NCBI GenBank assembly: GCA_020891255.1
Contig: BQFW01000001.1
Location: 372,001-436,000, forward strand
Source: Entomortierella parvispora E1425
Taxonomy: Eukaryota; Fungi; Mortierellomycota
Reading direction: 5' to 3'
DNA: 64,000 nucleotides
Shown: positions 58,466 to 64,000 of the stretch, in pieces
Layout: the number at the start of each line of letters is the position of its first letter
Position numbering within the stretch: position 1 is the stretch's first letter
Notes under the pieces: generated by a model
What the model was told of the DNA's origin: nothing
The model's input: only the letters and a program-made list of their open reading frames with translations
Databases searched by the model: none
Translations under genes and position numbers: made by a program

Positions 58466-60992
58466 TCATTTCGGTTTTGTTGGTGTGTAGAATGTAGGCG
58501 GATGAGTCCAATGGTAGGAAGCACGAGGAGGGGTACCGGGTCTCAGATTTGAAGAGGTGCTTATCGATTCTGCTGCACCTGTGTCCATTGATTTCGCGCC
58601 TGTCATCACTGATCCTGCAAGTGGTGCCGTCACTCCTTCAAAGTTTTCCCCATGGCCCTTGGTACTTCTCCAAACTCCTTGTGTGTTCGCCAAACTGTGA
58701 GAAGGGGCTTGAGCATGAACAGAGGTACCAGGAGAATTCGCGGGAACTTGGGTACAACGCGAAGTGCTTGGTCTTCGTGGGTTGGAGACAAGACCTTGAA
58801 CTTTTCTTGCCAGGGAGAGGATATGTTCCTAGGAATAGAAAATATTACAGACGTTGTATAAGTGAATTTGAAACAACAATGAGCGGGAAGTAACCAGCTT
58901 GTGCTTACCCTGTACGCCAGGAGGCGCTCCATACCATCATCAAGTAAAAAACTGCCCAACTCGAACTCATTCGACGGGAGGTGCAAAGGAGGTTCGTTCG
59001 TTCCGCAACAGAGCATCACGTCTTCGAATGGATACAAGATATTCCAGGTCCCCTCCAGTCCTAGCATAGAGTGAGAAAAACCAAGGGTATATGAATGAGC
59101 AAAAAGAAAACTGACATTGCCCCAAAGCCAGCAGTATAAAGTCATCTCACCTATGACATCCTGATAGATAGTGCCACTGTTCATTGGAACTCTTCCGTTC
59201 ATAATAATGCTCTTATTGAGTCGCATATTTTTTTTCCTTTGAATGTCTGCTATCGAATCTGACGATCCCAGCCCTTTGTGTTCGTCGTTGCAGAGGGTAA
59301 ATGGCTCAAAGCGCTGCCCTGTTTTGATGGTTGCGATAAGTCTGAAATCGAGCTTGCGGCCAGATGCCCCTGCTCGTCCAGCCGCAGCCTTTGGGCCTAC
59401 AATAGTGCGGACCGCGACCTGGTCCGTCTGGGCTTCTCTGAGGACCGTTTCCCCACTACGAATTTCAGATAGCGGTCAGGGAAGATGCTTGAAAATTCAG
59501 GCAATCCATTAATAACATATTGTACTTACACTTCAACCTCCACGGACGTGGAAGCAAAGAGAACTTCCCATACCGCATACCAAACAAAGAGAGTGGATGA
59601 TTCCGTTCTCTTGGCACGACCAAACTTGTCCGGAACGCACCGTTTCACACTAAACGGGGAAATAATGAAATGCATTAGTTCAGTTTCCGAGGGGAACAAA
59701 TCTTGTGCTAACAACGAAATGACCTACAGGATCATCAGTATCTCGGCAACCATCATCTTTGTTGATCCCTCTTCAAATCGAGACATGTCTGTTCTGAGCT
59801 GGCGTTTAAGATCCTCTAGGCGTGCCTCTTCTGCATCATCTTGCACATCCACATAGACCTGGTAGAGCCTCATCTGGTCACGCACTGGTGGAAAAGTGAA
59901 ACTAACCCCTGCTCTGCATTTTTGAACAAGTTCGGTTCGCTGTGGGAATGAGCTGTGTAGCTCCAGATCAACAATACCGCTAACCGCGACACTATTGACA
60001 TCAATAGAGGAGAAATCAGATGAAATGAAAACAAGCGAAGTCTATTCCAACACAGCAACTTAGAGCTTACAAGACATCCTTTTGTTCCGCTGGTGTCATG
60101 GTTCCGAACGTGTCCAGACGAGTATAAACGAAGTCCCACAAAAAAGATTGTTGCGTGCTCAACTCTGGTTTTGGATCTGGTAGTTGAAACTTTTCACGAC
60201 GCGCCTATTGAATTGCACGCAAGGAGAAAAAAATGTTAGCTATGATACCTCAACACCCCAACAAGTACAGAGAAAGAGATGATGATGTACCGCATGGTAG
60301 AGCGCCCGAATAAGAGGATAGAATCCAGGCTCGGTGTCCTTCTCCACATCACGCAGTTCTCGAAAAACGTCACTGAGATTTTCTTCGTCTTGGAGACCTG
60401 TTCCATCATCGTCTATTTCATAGTCGTATTCATCGTGACTCATTTCACCTTCGAAGTCTTCACTTTCGCCATCGTCATCGCCTACTTCATTGGCGCCTCT
60501 TGTCTTTTTGTTTAAATTTGACCGAAGCTGGTAATGAGCGCTCCGTTTTTTCTCTGGCGGGGTTGGCAAGCCACATTCCTCTCTCGATACCGCTTCATTC
60601 TAGTAGCACAGGTAACGTGTATAGATAAGAATGATGAAAGAACAAAGCGCACTTTTTTGCAATGATAGACAACTTACCTGAATGGCCATGGGAAGCTCAT
60701 TTCTTGCCGCATCAACTAAACCTATCGTGGCTACCGACTTTCCTTTTTTAATAGACATTGACTGTCTCTGCTGAAACCAGAACATGCTAGCTCCAGATTT
60801 GTTCGTCTTCCAAGCGTTAAATCTCTCGATGACCGTAGTCTTCGTGTGATCTTTCAGTCTGGAGTTTTTGACGGCACATAAGAAGGCCTGATACGCGGGG
60901 CGTGAATCTGTATAGGAGAAATTTACCGCAAACGTCTCAATGGTGACAATACGTGCGGTATCCACCCATTTCCTGTGATCCAGAGCAGCCAT
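58466..60992 (-). CDS. Multi-exon gene of a Mucoromycota-type family with a candidate PD-(D/E)XK nuclease-like C-terminus
   Basis: ATG 60992 and a chain of GT-AG introns (for example 60600-60677). Exons give ESSTLFVWYAVWEVLF…GETVL…GRKLDF…NDEHK…QRKKNMRLNKSI…PTFYTP. Not every junction was verified. Confidence 0.62.
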
Positions 60993-61117
60993 GGTCCTAC
61001 TCAGTGGATAACAAAACACAGGTAATGTTAATTGTATCAACCTATTTATTCTGCGCAAAATTGAGAAAGTACAGATGTAAAGAGAACAGAGTACCGTGTA
61101 GACACCAGCTTCTTAGT

Positions 61118-61504
61118 TCCTCTATTCCAAGGACAGGTAAACCATGGCTTCTCCACCAGAGGTCCAGGCAGGGGCATTCCTTGTATTTACAAGGCGCAAG
61201 CAAGGTCCGGATCCAGTAGGGGGATCCAGAGAGCATAAAAAAACCTGCCCACCACACATCTGGCACCAGAAACAAAAGTCCAGCCAATTTAACGCAGCAT
61301 TCTCCTCTCCCTTATAGATAAAGACCTTTCAGTCCTCTATTCCAAGGACAGGTAAACCATGGCTTCTCCACCAGAGGTCCAGGCAGGGGCATTCCTTGTA
61401 TTTACAAGGCGCAAGCAAGGTCCGGATCCAGTAGGGGGATCCAGAGAGCATAAAAAAACCTGCCCACCACACATCTGGCACCAGAAACAAAAGTCCAGCC
61501 AATT
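61118..61504 (+). repeat. Perfect 172-bp direct repeats (61118-61289 and 61333-61504) with a 43-bp spacer
   Basis: tcctctattccaaggacagg…aaagtccagccaatt occurs twice. Confidence 0.92.
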
Positions 61505-62001
61505 CCACAAAACCTGACTCTGTTTCTTTCTCGCACCCTCCTCGACTTACCTTCGCGAAATAAGGTCGAACGGCTACTTGCTCCAATGGGTACCCGAGGT
61601 AAAGTTGAAAGAGTGCGGATTGACACGACTCGGTGAAGGCACTATCAAAGGAAGCGCTGGATGCATATGGATGGATGAGTCAGTAAATGAGGTCAACGTA
61701 ATAAAATCAGATGCCATGCAGAAGATTGATTGACTGCAGCGGAAAGAGGTCAAGATGCAGGGCGTTGTTCTCAGTCGGTGCAACGATGACAAGGGTCCAG
61801 AAAGAAATCTCAGCAATTGCCAGGAATGGTTTACATCGCTGCTTTTGACAAAACATCGTTTCTCTCGAAGCACATGAACAAGTAGAAATTGTCATTTTAC
61901 CTTTTGATGGGCACCAAACAACAGGTCTGGCGAAAATAGTGTGTAATGACGATATATTGCCGCAAGGCTTGGGTGATATCAATGTAATACAACGGTGAAA
62001 G

Positions 62002-62090
62002 AAATGATACAGAAGGTGAAGGAACGTAATGATACAGAAGGTAAAGGAATGTAATGATACAGAAGTTGGGATGATGATACAGAAGGTGGG
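62002..62090 (+). repeat. Short minisatellite, ATGATACAGAAG x4
   Basis: Units spaced about 24, 24 and 18 nt. Confidence 0.75.
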
Positions 62091-62211
62091 GTGATGATGC
62101 CGAAGGAAACAGCAGCATGTGCCCAAAATGACGCGCACAGCAGAAATCAATGTCGCGTCGATGGGTGGCTTAGAATTGGGCACTGTGGGGTTGATCTTGT
62201 GACTGCCAAAG

Positions 62212-62492
62212 CTATTTCCGTGGTCGAACAATGTGAAGACCTGAGGTTGTTGTTCGACGAGAACTGGACCCAGATATGTCCCCCGCCCTTGGTCCCACCC
62301 TGGTTTTCTCCATTCCTCTGTTTTCTCAAAGAAGATAAAGAGCAAGATAGAGCGCACAAAGTATTTTTATTCAGAATTTTCATTTAGGGGCTTTGAAGTT
62401 CGAACGAAAATAAAAGAAGATATACACATACTGTATCCAGTTCTCGTCGAACAACAACCTCAGGTCTTTACATTGTTCGACCACGGAAATAG
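62212..62492. mobile_element. MITE-like element, 281 bp, with 57-bp inverted arms
   Basis: 62212-62268 is the reverse complement of 62436-62492 with one mismatch; AAAG flanks both sides. Confidence 0.6.
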
Positions 62493-63068
62493 AAAGAAAA
62501 CAGGACCTTGCTCGCAAGCTTACTCCACGCCCCTGTTGATAATAGAAGGGTGCGATAAATAAAGTGGTCTATAATAAAATTCTAAAATAAATAATTCGAA
62601 GTATTAATATCGTTGAACAGGTATATACATGTACAGCAGGATAGCCGTCTTTTCCTGAATCATCGACAAATGATCCATGAACGAATTGCTGGTCCCCTGA
62701 CCTGTTTTATTATTTTTTTTGTTCTTACAGCATTGTGCCACAGTCTTTGGCCTGACAACGGCAACCATTGTATGCCATGGACAGCAAACTAGCGCCGATA
62801 TCATTTCCGCCATCAGTGGACGCTATGCCGATCTCCATCAACTCGCACACAGTATAACCACCGTATTATAAAAAAAAAAGAATCTGGGCTTAATCTCAGC
62901 CGATCGTAGCAAGAAGGCTACTCCACTGCTTACAGCACCATAAGGCTGCTTGTAGATACCTTATCTTAAGTGCGCATACATGGAACGAAGGTGTGAGTGA
63001 AGACAAGTGAAAACTCGTGGTGATGGTGAAGGAAATCATATTGTTGGATGCTAGATATGTACAGCGAC

Positions 63069-64000
63069 CTACCTTGAGCTACTCATGTCTGGGAACTTGA
63101 ATCTCTTCAGCGCAGTCTTGCCCACTCCACGGCCTTTAAGTCTCTTCCTAGAGTCTTCGTAGCTGTCAAACTTCCTCTTGCGTCGTTCCTCCATTATCAG
63201 ATCCGCTTTCTTTTCATCAACGCCTGTCATTCGTTACAGGTCTTTGCGTGTAGCACGGTTGATATCAAGAGCACCTGCTGTTGCGAACACGAATGCTCTG
63301 CCAGCAAACGGCCCAAAATGTTGATCCCAATTGGATCTGTCCACAATACCAGATAGAGGCGGAAGCTCAATATCCGGCTGATCTCCAGCGGTGAACAGCA
63401 TGAAGAAATCCTTGCTAGAAGCCGCCTTTTCTCTCTCCGTTTTGAAGTCGATCATAGTACCATCGGTTATTCGCTTGTATTGGTGGACTTCTGTGCGGAA
63501 CGGCTCTGTATCCAGCCTGATGAAACTATCGCCGAAAGGTGCTGAGGGTCCATTGACAATACAGTGCTCACCTTTGCGGAAATCTGGCGTCCCGTGTTCA
63601 CAGCGAAGGGCGGCGACTTGTCGTAGCTCATCGCTCGTAGACTTGGTATTGACATGATGGGAGGAGAAGGCCAGCTTTAGGTGATGGTTTGTAAATTCGA
63701 TATCACCATTCAAACGCGCCCCTCTGTGAACTGTTCCGATCGATGTGCGACTACCATCATCCAGCACCTTGGATTTGAAGCAGCGAAAGGCTGCAACGAA
63801 ATACTCGAACTGTTGCCAAAACTGAAACGCAGGCAGTGAGTCTGCATTCTGTTTTGACATTAGATCTCCATAGTCACAGAAACGCCATTTCAGAAGGAGA
63901 GGATCGGCACCTGTTCTTGGCGAACATGAAAAGAGCCACAACCAGATGTAAGGAGCGGTGAGGTATCCTCCCGTGCCGAGACCACGGGGTTGCACATATC
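63069..64000 (-). pseudogene. Crinkler-like gene 3' part (REase-fold candidate plus helix-hairpin-helix) with a premature TAA
   Basis: CIVNGPSAPFGDSF…EVHQYK…ERxKAAS.KDFF.LFT…GIVD..NW..HFGPFAGRAF. LDINRATRKDL-TAA(63234)-RMTGVDEKKADLIMEERRKRKF continues in frame to TAG 63069. Confidence 0.7.

Overview
Eukaryotic (fungal) genomic DNA with GT-AG introns. The gene families point to Mortierellaceae/Mucoromycota (inference). The window is a fast-turnover, transposon-rich defence/antagonism island, not a housekeeping region. (1) NACHT-HEAT NLR-like genes: one near-intact (46.7-52.0 kb), one doubly frameshifted (1-4.6 kb) and two fragments (14.8-15.9 and 38.5-40.6 kb). Their 33-aa HEAT repeats vary at alphaRep-type binding positions. 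(2) Three paralogues of an 8-Cys small secreted protein whose mature region is more divergent than the flanking non-coding DNA, plus a second small secreted protein. (3) A full-length DIRS1-type tyrosine-recombinase retrotransposon (16080-20330) with ITRs, an ICR, a candidate -1 frameshift signal and a third reading frame overlapping gag and pol; a second DIRS gag relic lies at 45 kb. (4) A complete 6.75-kb hAT transposon with an 8-bp TSD and an intact spliced transposase. (5) Helitron and Ty3/gypsy relics, one with an extended tRNAi-Met primer-binding site. (6) Two decayed copies of the condensin kleisin gene (BRN1/Cnd2), each head-to-head with an NLR. (7) Crinkler/REase-like genes at the right end, a multi-kb palindrome and several hairpin-rich repeats. 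All alignments and counts were done by eye; no database searches were run.
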